The notes below the pieces were generated by a model. It saw only the letters and a list, made by a program, of their open reading frames with translations, was not told where the DNA came from and searched no databases. A program made the translations under genes and the position numbers. Source: an uncultured delta proteobacterium (GTDB taxonomy: Bacteria > Desulfobacterota > Syntrophorhabdia > Syntrophorhabdales > WCHB1-27). Taken from it: DNA of 64,000 bases. How positions within the stretch are numbered: position 1 is the stretch's first letter; the number at the start of each line of letters is the position of its first letter. The stretch lies in the NCBI GenBank assembly GCA_963810935.1, contig CAWEPK010000017.1, positions 170,484-234,483 on the forward strand. The letters are read 5' to 3'. This document shows, one piece after another, positions 46,138 through 55,690 of the stretch.

Positions 46138-47328
46138 ATGAAGGCAGGGCCAAAAACCGGCGCGGTCTATCCGGTCCTTGCGTCGACCGGTCTGTGCCAT
46201 CTGCTCAATGACTCCATGGCGTCGCTCCTGCCTGCGGTCTACCCCATGTTTAAGTCCCTGCTCCATCTGAATTTCACCCAGGTAGGACTGATGGCGCTCA
46301 CCTTTCAGCTTTCCGCCTCCCTTCTGCAGCCGGTCGTCGGCCTTTACACGGACCGCCATCCAAAGCCTTTTTCCCTGCCCGCAGGGTTCGCGTCGAGCTT
46401 TTTCGGGCTGCTCCTGCTTGCCTCTTCGCACAGCTTCCTCTCGGTCATCGTTGCCATCGCCCTCATCGGAGTAGGCTCCTCCGTTTTCCATCCGGAAGGG
46501 TCCAGAGTGGCCAGGATGGCCGCGGGCGGCCGCTACGGCCTTGCCCAGTCGATCTTCCAGGTCGGCGGGAACATCGGTATGTCTACCGGGCCCCTGGTCG
46601 TTGCCTTTATCGTCCTGTCGAGGGGGCAGTGGGCCATAGCCTGGTACGGCGTCGTCCCCCTTGTGGCGACGGGCCTCATCATCCCCGTAAGCCTCTGGTA
46701 CAAATCGCACCTGCGGCCGAGGTCGGCTGCCGGCCCCGTTCACCTCGACGGCTCGTCCGTATCGCCCGCGAAAGTCAGGCTCTCCATAGCGGTGCTGGTC
46801 GCGCTCGTCTTCTCCAAGTACCTCTACATATCGAGCATCCAGAACTACCTGATCTTCTACCTGATCGGCAAGTTTCACATCTCGATCAGGGACGCCCAGA
46901 TACATCTCTTCCTGTTCCTCGTCTCCGTCGCCCTCGGCACGGTCCTCGGCGGCCCCATAGGCGACCGTGTCGGCCGCAAGTACGTGATATGGGTCTCCAT
47001 CCTCGGGGTCCTGCCGTTTACGCTGCTTTTACCCCACGCGGACCTTTATTGGAGCACCGTTCTCATCGTCATCATCGGCACGGTCCTCGCATCGGCCTTT
47101 TCGGCGATCGTCGTTTACGCGCAGGAGCTGCTGCCCGGCAAGGTCGGCATGATCGCCGGTCTCTTTTTCGGCCTCGCTTTCGGGACAGCCGGACTGGGCG
47201 CCGCCGTCTTCGGCCGGCTCGCCGACGTGACGAGCATCGATTTCGTTTACAACCTGTGCGCTTACCTGCCGGCAATGGGCCTTTTGACGGTCTTCCTGCC
47301 AAATCTCCAGGAAAAAAGGGTCAGATGA
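46138..47328 (+). CDS. fsr: MFS transporter, fosmidomycin-resistance (Fsr) family
   Basis: HLLND, SLLQP.VG, GSSVFHPE, GG.IGDR.GRK and VVYAQEL.PG.VG motifs; start estimated at ATG 46138. Confidence 0.85.
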   Translation: MKAGPKTGAVYPVLASTGLCHLLNDSMASLLPAVYPMFKSLLHLNFTQVGLMALTFQLSASLLQPVVGLYTDRHPKPFSLPAGFASSFFGLLLLASSHSFLSVIVAIALIGVGSSVFHPEGSRVARMAAGGRYGLAQSIFQVGGNIGMSTGPLVVAFIVLSRGQWAIAWYGVVPLVATGLIIPVSLWYKSHLRPRSAAGPVHLDGSSVSPAKVRLSIAVLVALVFSKYLYISSIQNYLIFYLIGKFHISIRDAQIHLFLFLVSVALGTVLGGPIGDRVGRKYVIWVSILGVLPFTLLLPHADLYWSTVLIVIIGTVLASAFSAIVVYAQELLPGKVGMIAGLFFGLAFGTAGLGAAVFGRLADVTSIDFVYNLCAYLPAMGLLTVFLPNLQEKRVR

Positions 47329-47512
47329 CCTGCTGCCTGTAACATTTTGACACGCATCGGCGACTTATGCTGTAATGGGGTTCGTAAGTGGCGCAGGCCG
47401 TCCGTGACGCCAACCGACAAACAAATGTAATTTTAATGCCTTTTCCTTTTTATGAGGGGGAGGCTCGACGAGCTTCGCTCGTGGAGGGGGCGACGATAGC
47501 CCCGGTAATTGT

Positions 47513-48796
47513 ATGCGACGAACAAGCGTACTCGTGATCGTGATCCTCGCCGTGCTGGCCGCAAGCGCGGGCGCCTGGTCCTTTTGGCACGGGGCGGAGA
47601 AGGCCTCAAGCCTGCGCTCGGCCCCTATCAAACGGGGGGATCTGGTCGCGACCATCAACGCCACGGGGACGCTGGAGCCCGTAGCCGCAATCGACATCGG
47701 CGCGCAGGTAGCCGGCATGATCGTCTCCTTCGGCACGGATACGCTGGGCAAGCTCGTCAACTGGAGCTCACCGGTCGATAAAGGCACCATACTGGCAAAG
47801 ATCGACGATTCACTCTATATAGCAGCCGTCAAAAGCGCCGAGGGGCAGGTCCAGCAAGCGGAGGCGTCCGTGGTGGTAAGCAAAGCAAACGTGCTCCAAC
47901 AAAAGGCAAGCCTTCTTCTGGCCACGCAGAACTGGGAAAGGGCAAAAAGGCTCGGCCCCAGCGACGCCCTCTCCCAGAGCGCCTACGATCAGTACAGGGA
48001 GACCTTCAATGCGGCCACCGCAAATCTGGCGTCGGCGGAAGCCTCCGTCGAGCAGGCGCTCGCCTCCGTGGACGCGGCCCGTGCGACCCTTCACACAGCC
48101 AGGCTGAACCTCGACTACTGCACGATCAGGTCCCCCGTCAGGGGCATTGTGATCGACAGGCGGGTAAACATAGGACAGACGGTCATGGCCACAGTGACCG
48201 CCCCCAGCCTCTTCCTCGTCGCGGACGACGTGAGGCGCATACAGGCATGGATCAATGTATATGAATCGGACGTCGGGAATATCGCCGTTGGACAACCCGT
48301 CAAGTTCACGGTGGACGCGTACCCCGGCCGCATCTTCCAGGGCGTGGTGCGCGAAGTCCGCCTCAACGCGACGATGACGCAGAACGTCGTCACTTATACA
48401 ATAGCGGTTGACGTCGATAATTCGGACGGCAAGCTCCTGCCCTACCTGACGACCCACGCACAGTTCGAGGTAGGCCGCCGCAAGGGGGTTCTCCTGGTAC
48501 CGAACGCGGCCTTGCGCTTCAGGCCGCGCTCAAATGAGATCGCGCCCGACGCAAGGCAAGGGCCGCGCGAAGGCGGCGGCGGCCGGGCGGGCGGCAACGG
48601 GAAGGGCGAGAAGCGCGCTGTGATCTGGATAGAGGAAGGCGGCTCGGTGCGGCCGATGCCTGTGACGCTCGGTCTTACGGACGGCTCCTTTACCGAAATC
48701 GACGGCAAGGGGCTCACCGAGGGCCTGCGTGTAGCCATGGGTAACGGCGCCGCCGCGGCAGGAGCAGGCCAGGCGGGCCCCGCCAACGGAAGATAG
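47513..48796 (+). CDS. Efflux membrane-fusion protein (MacA-like), copy 1
   Basis: ATGTLEPV, GAQVAG, I.SPV.G, ESDVG, FTVDAYP and VPNAALRF motifs. Confidence 0.9.
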   Translation: MRRTSVLVIVILAVLAASAGAWSFWHGAEKASSLRSAPIKRGDLVATINATGTLEPVAAIDIGAQVAGMIVSFGTDTLGKLVNWSSPVDKGTILAKIDDSLYIAAVKSAEGQVQQAEASVVVSKANVLQQKASLLLATQNWERAKRLGPSDALSQSAYDQYRETFNAATANLASAEASVEQALASVDAARATLHTARLNLDYCTIRSPVRGIVIDRRVNIGQTVMATVTAPSLFLVADDVRRIQAWINVYESDVGNIAVGQPVKFTVDAYPGRIFQGVVREVRLNATMTQNVVTYTIAVDVDNSDGKLLPYLTTHAQFEVGRRKGVLLVPNAALRFRPRSNEIAPDARQGPREGGGGRAGGNGKGEKRAVIWIEEGGSVRPMPVTLGLTDGSFTEIDGKGLTEGLRVAMGNGAAAAGAGQAGPANGR

Positions 48797-48806
48797 GGGG
48801 AGACCG

Positions 48807-49496
48807 GTGATGGAGAACCTCATCCGACTGCGCGACATCAACAAAACGTACCACCTGGGCGAGATCGACCTCCCCGTGCTCAAGGGCATATCCATGGAGA
48901 TCGAAAAGGGCGAGATGGTAGCGCTCATGGGAGCTAGCGGCTCGGGGAAGAGCACACTCATGAATATCCTCGGGTGTCTCGACCGCCCAACGTCGGGTGA
49001 GTACTGGCTGGAAGGGCGGGACATATCCCGGTTCGATGCAAAGGGGCGGGCCAGGCTGCGGAATCGCACCCTCGGGTTCGTCTTCCAGAATTTCAACCTT
49101 CTGCCCAGGACGAGCGCCCTGGACAACGTGATGATGCCATTAAACTACGGCAAGGAGGGTCTCACGGAGCACCAGAAGAAAGAACGGGCCGTCTCGATGC
49201 TGGAGAAAGTCGGCCTGGTGGACAGATCGGATCACCATCCCAGCCAGCTCTCGGGCGGCGAACAGCAGCGCGTTGCCATAGCGCGCTCCCTCATCAACCG
49301 CCCACAGGTGCTTTTCGCCGACGAGCCGACGGGGAACCTCGATTCGCGCACCAGCGAGGAGATCCTTCAAATGTTCCAGGGGCTCAACAAGGAGGAGGGC
49401 ATCACGATCATCCTCGTCACGCACGATCCGGGCGTGGGGCGCCACGCGGACCGGGTCGTCCGGATCAAGGACGGCCTCGTCGATGGGCCGGCATAG
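48807..49496 (+). CDS. ABC ATP-binding protein (MacB/LolD-like)
   Basis: [29 protein letters not shown] and [10 protein letters not shown] motifs. Confidence 0.93.
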   Translation: MMENLIRLRDINKTYHLGEIDLPVLKGISMEIEKGEMVALMGASGSGKSTLMNILGCLDRPTSGEYWLEGRDISRFDAKGRARLRNRTLGFVFQNFNLLPRTSALDNVMMPLNYGKEGLTEHQKKERAVSMLEKVGLVDRSDHHPSQLSGGEQQRVAIARSLINRPQVLFADEPTGNLDSRTSEEILQMFQGLNKEEGITIILVTHDPGVGRHADRVVRIKDGLVDGPA

Positions 49497-49505
49497 GGGT
49501 ACGGC

Positions 49506-50879
49506 ATGAGAATGGCAGGCATACTTAATACTGCATCCGGCGCCCTCAGGCGCAACGTCATGCGCACGCTGCTCACGACGCTCGGCATCGTAATCGGCGT
49601 AGGGGCGGTGATAACGATGATGGAGATAGGCAACGGCGCGACCCTCGCAATCCAGCGCACCCTGACCGCGATCGGCGCAAACACGCTCGTGGTCATACCC
49701 GGCGCCCAGTTCGTCGGAGGGATTAACTACGGCATAGGCAGCATGACAACCCTCACTCCGCAGGATGCGGACGCTATTTCAAGGGAGTGCCCGGCTGTCG
49801 CCAGTGTCGCCCCGATCGTGCGCGCCCGGACCCAGATCGTCTACGGGAACCGGAACTGGGTCCCCACGTACGTGTACGGCTCCACGCCGTCTTTCCTCCA
49901 GGTGCGCGACTGGGCCGAGATGGCCGAGGGCGACGCGTTCACCGAGCACGACGTCCGCAACGCCAGCAAGGTCTGCGTCGTGGGCAAAACCATCGTTAGA
50001 GAGCTTTTTTCCGGGCAATCGCCCATCGGCAAGGAGATCCGCGTCCGGAACGTCGCGTTCAAGGTGATAGGCGTCCTGCAGCAGAAAGGGGCGAACATGA
50101 TGGGTCAGGACCAGGATGACATCGTGCTGGCCCCTTGGACGACGGTCAAGTACCGCGTGGTGGCCACCTTCCTTTCAGGCGGCAACCAGAGCACAACCAA
50201 CACGTCGAACGTGACCGAGGTCAACTCCCTCACCATGGCGTATCCCAACATCTCGACGAACCTCTATCCGACCCAGTCGACTAACGAGGCGGCGGACCTG
50301 CCCCAGCCGATCAGGTTCGCCAACGTCGATCAGATCCTCACTGCGGCGCGGGGACCGGAATTCATACAACCGGCCATCGACCAGATCACCGAAGTGATTC
50401 GGGAGAACCATCACCTCCGGCCTACTGCGCCGAACGATTTCACCGTCCGGGATATGACCGAGATCACGAAGGCGATGAGCTCGACCACCGACCTCATAAC
50501 GAGGCTGCTCCTTTACGTGGCCATGATCTCCCTGATGGTCGGCGGCGTAGGCATCATGAACATCATGCTTGTCTCCGTGACGGAGAGGACGCGCGAGATC
50601 GGCCTGCGGATGGCGGTAGGCGCAGAGCCGAACGATATCCTCCGCCAGTTCCTCACGGAGGCGATAGTGCTCTGCCTGGCGGGAGGCATCATGGGAATCA
50701 TAGTCGGGCGCGGGGCGTCCATGATCGTATCGAAGGTGCTCCACTGGCCTACAGCGCCTTCGTTGGGCGCCGTTATAGCGGCGGTCGTCGTATCGGCAAG
50801 CGTTGGCGTCATCTTCGGTTTCTATCCGGCATGGAAGGGGTCGCGCCTCGACCCCATCGACGCCCTCAGGTATGAGTGA
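49506..50879 (+). CDS. ABC permease (MacB-like)
   Basis: LTTLGIVIGVGAVI, VGGVGIMNIMLVSVTERTREIG and DPIDALRYE motifs. Confidence 0.93.
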   Translation: MRMAGILNTASGALRRNVMRTLLTTLGIVIGVGAVITMMEIGNGATLAIQRTLTAIGANTLVVIPGAQFVGGINYGIGSMTTLTPQDADAISRECPAVASVAPIVRARTQIVYGNRNWVPTYVYGSTPSFLQVRDWAEMAEGDAFTEHDVRNASKVCVVGKTIVRELFSGQSPIGKEIRVRNVAFKVIGVLQQKGANMMGQDQDDIVLAPWTTVKYRVVATFLSGGNQSTTNTSNVTEVNSLTMAYPNISTNLYPTQSTNEAADLPQPIRFANVDQILTAARGPEFIQPAIDQITEVIRENHHLRPTAPNDFTVRDMTEITKAMSSTTDLITRLLLYVAMISLMVGGVGIMNIMLVSVTERTREIGLRMAVGAEPNDILRQFLTEAIVLCLAGGIMGIIVGRGASMIVSKVLHWPTAPSLGAVIAAVVVSASVGVIFGFYPAWKGSRLDPIDALRYE

Positions 50880-50882
50880 GGC

Positions 50883-52304
50883 GTGATGAAGGTAAGCGCG
50901 CTCGCCTGTCTGCTGTTCATCCTCGCCAGCGGCTGCATGGTCGGCCCCGATTTCAAACGCCCGGAGCCGCCTATGCCGGATTCCTTCCTCGGCGTCAAGG
51001 AGGCAAAGCAGCCGAACGCAAAATCGGTCGCGACGGACCGGTCCGCCAACCTCGCTTTATGGTGGCGGCAGTTCGAGGACCCGATGCTGAACAGGCTGGT
51101 CGACGAGGCGCTGAAAGCGAACCTGAGCCTCGCCCTGGCGGAGGCCAACCTGCGGCAGGCCAGGGCGCTGCGGGGCATCGCTGTCGCGGGCCTCTTTCCG
51201 TCCGCGACCGCCTCGGGCGCTTACCAACGCCAGTCAGGCCCGTTATACGGCACGAACGGGAACCCCCGCAACTTCTACCTGGCGACAGTGGACGCGGCCT
51301 GGGAGCTCGACTTTTTCGGCGGCGTCCGGAGGAACGTTGAATCGGCAACCGCCAACGTCCTCGCTGCCGTCGAAAACCTCCGGGACGTTCAGGTGAGCCT
51401 CATCGCCGAGGTAGCGCTCTATTATGTGCAGCTCCGGGGATACCAGCAGCAGATAGTCACCGCGAACAACAACCTGAAAGTGCAGCTGCATACGGCCGAC
51501 ATAACCCGCAAGCTCTACAAGGCGGGGTTCGACTCCGGCCTGGATGTGGCGAACGCGGAAAGCGTAGTTGCCTCGACGGAGGCCCAGATACCCGTCTACG
51601 AGACGGGCGCGCGCCAATCGATCTATGCCCTGAGCGTGCTCCTCGGCCGCCACCCGGAAGACCTCGTCGAGCTTCTGTCCCCGACCGGCGATTTCCCCGC
51701 CGTGCCGACAGACATACCCGCGGGGCTTCCCTCCGAGCTGCTCCGGCGCAGGCCTGACATCCGCATGGCGGAGGCACAGCTCCACAGCGCCACCGCGCAG
51801 ATAGGCGTGGCGACCGCCCAGCTTTTTCCTCAATTCTCCCTGACGGGCGGGGCGAACTGGCAGAGCGGCATGTCGAGCATGTGGCTCCATAATATGAGCC
51901 GCTCGCTCTTCATCGGACCCGCGGCCTCCTGGCCCATCTTCCAGGGCGGCGCCATCATTTCGAACATTCACGCGCAGGAGGCCCTGCGCGACCAGGCGTT
52001 CGTTGTATACAAGCAGACTGTGCTGACGGCCCTACAGGACGTGGAGAACGCCCTAGTCGCCTTTACTAAGGAGCAGCAGCACCATAAGTCATTGAGCGAA
52101 GCCGTCAAGTACGACCGCAGGGCCGTGGAGCTTTCATCAAAGCTCTTTCAGGAAGGGCAGACGGACTTCCTGAGCGTGCTCGTCGCGGAGCGCCAGCAAT
52201 ATACGGACGAAAGCGCCCTTACCGCGAGCAAGCAGAACATAGCGGCCGACCTCATCGCCCTTTACAAGGCACTGGGGGGCGGCTGGGAGGTAGGCAAGCA
52301 ATGA
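50883..52304 (+). CDS. Outer-membrane efflux lipoprotein (NodT/OprM family)
   Basis: Lipobox LASGC-MVGPDF; WELDFFG, LLRRRPDI and LYKALGGGW motifs. Confidence 0.92.
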   Translation: MMKVSALACLLFILASGCMVGPDFKRPEPPMPDSFLGVKEAKQPNAKSVATDRSANLALWWRQFEDPMLNRLVDEALKANLSLALAEANLRQARALRGIAVAGLFPSATASGAYQRQSGPLYGTNGNPRNFYLATVDAAWELDFFGGVRRNVESATANVLAAVENLRDVQVSLIAEVALYYVQLRGYQQQIVTANNNLKVQLHTADITRKLYKAGFDSGLDVANAESVVASTEAQIPVYETGARQSIYALSVLLGRHPEDLVELLSPTGDFPAVPTDIPAGLPSELLRRRPDIRMAEAQLHSATAQIGVATAQLFPQFSLTGGANWQSGMSSMWLHNMSRSLFIGPAASWPIFQGGAIISNIHAQEALRDQAFVVYKQTVLTALQDVENALVAFTKEQQHHKSLSEAVKYDRRAVELSSKLFQEGQTDFLSVLVAERQQYTDESALTASKQNIAADLIALYKALGGGWEVGKQ

Positions 52305-53713
52305 CGGTCGCGAACAAATTGGGGTCATTTTTTATGAGACGATTTATCATAGCCGCAATCGTCGTTGCCGCCGCGCTGGCCGTAGGCGCGGTCGTCTGGG
52401 CCGTGCGGTCCGGGGTGGACAAAGGCCCGGCGTTACGCACCGCGCAGGTGAAACGGGGCGACCTGGTTGCGACGATCACGGCAACGGGCGTAACCGAGCC
52501 GGTGGCGGTGGTCCAGATAGGCGCACAGGTTGCGGGCATCGTCGTAGCCTTCGGCACGGATAAGGAAGGCCGGGAAATCCGCTGGGGCTCCGAGGTGGAG
52601 AAAGGCATGGTCCTGGCGAAGATCGACGATTCCCTGTATGTGGCTGCTGTGAAGACCGCGGAGGGCCAGTTGAAGCAGGCCGAGGCCACCGTTGTCGTAG
52701 CCAGGGCCAACGTGGCCCAGCAAAAGGCAAACCTCACCCTGGCCACGCAAAACTGGGAAAGGGCGAAAAAGCTCGGGCCCAGCGATGCCCTTGCCCAGAG
52801 CACATATGACCAGTACAAGCAGGCTTTCGAGGCGGCAACCGCGAACCTTGCTTCCGCCGAGGCGGCTGTCGAACAAGCCCTCGCCTCGGTGGCGCAAAAC
52901 AAGGCCACCCTCCTCACTGCGCAAATAAACCTCAATTACTGCACGATCAAGTCTCCGGTGAAGGGCGTCATCGTCGACAGGCAGGTGAACATAGGACAGA
53001 CAGTAGTCTCCTCCCTCTCCGCCCCCAGCCTATTCCTCATCGCAAACGACCTCAAGCACATCCAGGCATGGGTGAGCGTCAACGAGGCGGACGTGGGGCA
53101 CATAGTCGAGGGGCAGCCGGTGGCCTTCACGGTCGACGCCTACCCCGGCCGCACCTTCCATGGCGTAGTCGGCCAGGTGCGCCTCAACGCTACCATGACG
53201 CAGAACGTAGTCACCTATACCATAGCGGTAGACGTCGATAACCGGGACGGCAAGCTGCTGCCCTACCTGACCACCAACGCGCAATTCGAGATAGGTAAGC
53301 GTAAGGGCGTGCTCCTTGTGCCGAACGCGGCCCTGCGCTTTACACCTAAGTCCGCCGACGTCGCCCCGGGGGCGAGGCAGAAGACGGGCGAAAAGATATC
53401 CCGCCGGGCGCGCGCGGCAGAGGGAGGCGAAAAGCCCGTGGTCGTCTGGGTGGAGGAAGGCAGGTTCGTCAAACCCGTGCCTGTCACGGTGGGGCTTACG
53501 GACGGCTCCTTTACGGAGGTAGAGGGAAAGGGCCTCGCGGAAGGCCTGCGCGTGGCAATCGGCGCGGGCGCTCAGGCGCAGGCCGCAACCCCGGCCGAGG
53601 AGCGCAATCCTTTCCAGCCGCAAATGCCTTTCAGGGGCAACCGGCCGGGCGCAGGACAAGGCCAGGGCCAGGAATCAGGCGGCCGGTCAGGACCCCCCGG
53701 CGGCGCACGGTAG
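52301..53713 (+). CDS. Efflux membrane-fusion protein (MacA-like), copy 2
   Basis: Close paralogue of 47513-48796; alternative start at ATG 52334. Confidence 0.9.
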   Translation: MTVANKLGSFFMRRFIIAAIVVAAALAVGAVVWAVRSGVDKGPALRTAQVKRGDLVATITATGVTEPVAVVQIGAQVAGIVVAFGTDKEGREIRWGSEVEKGMVLAKIDDSLYVAAVKTAEGQLKQAEATVVVARANVAQQKANLTLATQNWERAKKLGPSDALAQSTYDQYKQAFEAATANLASAEAAVEQALASVAQNKATLLTAQINLNYCTIKSPVKGVIVDRQVNIGQTVVSSLSAPSLFLIANDLKHIQAWVSVNEADVGHIVEGQPVAFTVDAYPGRTFHGVVGQVRLNATMTQNVVTYTIAVDVDNRDGKLLPYLTTNAQFEIGKRKGVLLVPNAALRFTPKSADVAPGARQKTGEKISRRARAAEGGEKPVVVWVEEGRFVKPVPVTVGLTDGSFTEVEGKGLAEGLRVAIGAGAQAQAATPAEERNPFQPQMPFRGNRPGAGQGQGQESGGRSGPPGGAR

Positions 53714-53741
53714 AAGAAGGGGCGCGGCCCCGTTTTCTGAG

Positions 53742-55007
53742 TTATTCCTTTGTGCGCTTCGCCTTTTGCATCGCCTCGTAGGACAACTGCACGGACTGTC
53801 CTAAAAGGTTGAGGGTCTGGGGCGCGTTGTGGAAGCCCATGCCGTTCTCGGCAGCGACGAAGTCCCAGTACCACTGGGCCTTTCTCAGAAGCTCCCTTGC
53901 GGCTTCGATATCCGCCCGGCCGGCAGACCCGGAAGCGGCCGCGAGCGCCTGGTGCGCCTCTGCGACTGCCTTGCCCGCCGTCCGTTGCATCTGCCAGACT
54001 TTGCCCTGCGTCGATTTGACCGACTGGAGGAGCCATGCGCTCCCCTGGTCGTGGCAGGCCCCGCATGAGATATCTATCTGCCGCATCGGGCTTGTGACCC
54101 AATGGGACGTATATTTCTGCCCGTTCTGCCGCTTATACGGCATGTGGCAATCGGCGCACGAGACACCCGCCCGGCCGTGCACGCCCGATTGCCACGTCTC
54201 GAAGTCGGGGTGCTGCGCCTTGAGCAGCTTCACGCCCGAGTCGGGATGCACCCAGTCAGCCTCGAAGCCGGAAGGCTCGCCCGCGTAATAGGCATACATC
54301 TGTTCCGGGTCGAGCCCCTTGTCCCAGGGCAGGACCACCCTGCTCGACCCCGGCTCGAAGTAGTATTCAACGTGGCACTGCCCGCACACATATGAGCGCA
54401 TATCCTCCCGTGAAGCGGCGCTCGTATCGATGCCCCTCTTCTTCATCGCCTCGATGAAGGCGGGGTTCACCACCCGCAGCTTCATCGTTGCCGGGTCATG
54501 GCAGTTGGCGCACGAGATCGAGTGCTTGAGTCTCGGGAAAAGCTCGACTACCGGGACCTTCGCATATCCCCAGCCCATTTCTTTGAATATGTCGATCAGC
54601 TCGGGGGTTTTGCACGTCATGCAGGAGCCTGAGGTCTGCGGCGTGACGCGCTTCGTCTTCTTGATATCTTCGAGGGCGTAGGGGTGTCCCCTGTCCTCCG
54701 CGTAATCCTTGCTGAACGGCATGCCCTTGAAGTTGACCAGTATCTCCGGCTCCTTCACCGATTTCTGGACAGGGACGCTGCCGCCGAAGCCCGTGGGTGA
54801 TTCCTTCATCTCCAGGTTTTGCTGGAAGCTCTTATATTCGAGCGGGTACTTCTTGCCCCAGTGCCAGATGTCGTGGAGGCCCACCCTGGCTTTGTAGAAG
54901 ACCCTTACCGCAGTATTGGACGGCGGGCAGGTGGCACACTCGATCAGGAACGCCATAGAGAGCATCCCGGCGATTACGGCAGCGACGAGCGTCACTTTCT
55001 TAAGCAT
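53742..55007 (-). CDS. nrfA: Ammonia-forming cytochrome c nitrite reductase catalytic subunit (pentaheme)
   Basis: CMTCK (Lys-ligated heme 1), CANCH, CGQCHVEYYF, KAQHP.FE, CADCHMP, CGACH and AENGMGFH motifs; start probably ATG 55007. Confidence 0.92.
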   Translation of the reverse strand: MLKKVTLVAAVIAGMLSMAFLIECATCPPSNTAVRVFYKARVGLHDIWHWGKKYPLEYKSFQQNLEMKESPTGFGGSVPVQKSVKEPEILVNFKGMPFSKDYAEDRGHPYALEDIKKTKRVTPQTSGSCMTCKTPELIDIFKEMGWGYAKVPVVELFPRLKHSISCANCHDPATMKLRVVNPAFIEAMKKRGIDTSAASREDMRSYVCGQCHVEYYFEPGSSRVVLPWDKGLDPEQMYAYYAGEPSGFEADWVHPDSGVKLLKAQHPDFETWQSGVHGRAGVSCADCHMPYKRQNGQKYTSHWVTSPMRQIDISCGACHDQGSAWLLQSVKSTQGKVWQMQRTAGKAVAEAHQALAAASGSAGRADIEAARELLRKAQWYWDFVAAENGMGFHNAPQTLNLLGQSVQLSYEAMQKAKRTKE

Positions 55008-55155
55008 AAGCGGAGTATCGCACACGGCCACACCTGTTTGCAAGAAAGAATAATATTAATAATAACGCCCGTCGGGGCCGATTATTGCCATTGCGAAAAG
55101 GCGTAACCATTCTTTAAATAATAGGGCCTCGCACATAAAATTGAAGGAGGGCGCC

Positions 55156-55500
55156 GTGATCAGGATCAAAAGAATATACGATTCTCCCAAACCTTCGTCG
55201 GGCGACGGCAAGCGCGTGCTGGTCGACCGCCTGTGGCCGAGGGGGCTGCGAAAAGACGATGTCGTCATCGATGAATGGGTGAAGGACGTAGCGCCGAGCA
55301 CCGAGCTGCGGAAGTGGTTCGGCCACGACCCGGCCAGATGGGAGGAATTCAAAAAGCGGTACAGGAAGGAGCTGGAAGAGAAAAAAGAATGCGTCGAGGC
55401 GCTTAAGGAAGATGCAAGGCGCGGGACGCTGACGATCCTCTATTCAGCGAAAGACACGGAGCACAACAATGCGACGGTACTAAAAGAACTCATCCGCTGA
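55156..55500 (+). CDS. DUF488/YeaO-family protein
   Basis: IKRIYD, DG.RVLVDRLWPRG, APSTELRKWFGH and NNA.VL motifs; GTG start follows AGGAGG. Confidence 0.88.
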   Translation: MIRIKRIYDSPKPSSGDGKRVLVDRLWPRGLRKDDVVIDEWVKDVAPSTELRKWFGHDPARWEEFKKRYRKELEEKKECVEALKEDARRGTLTILYSAKDTEHNNATVLKELIR

Positions 55501-55645
55501 CCGGCAAGGCATCCCGAAAGAAAAATGTGTTACCATATCGTAACGTAGAACCGCGCACTTTTGCCGTAATGACGCTCGCGCGCAGGATGCGGAAAGGACG
55601 GTCCGCCGCACCTGAAGGAAGGGGGTAGCGGACCGGGGTATCTCT

Positions 55646-55654
55646 TGCTATAAT
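55646..55654 (+). promoter_or_regulatory. Extended -10 promoter for the aminotransferase operon
   Basis: TG-C-TATAAT 36 nt upstream of the ATG, with an AAGGAGG RBS in between. Confidence 0.55.
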
Positions 55655-55690
55655 GAGGGCACAAGCGCCACGACGAATAAGGAGGCAACC

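Noticed and set aside
55580..55645. Possible glycine riboswitch upstream of the glyoxylate aminotransferase (GGTCCGC/GCGGACC stem with CCTGAAGGA)
   Set aside because: Lacks the GGAGA and CTCTCAGG consensus and lies upstream of the TGnTATAAT promoter, so it is probably not in the transcript.
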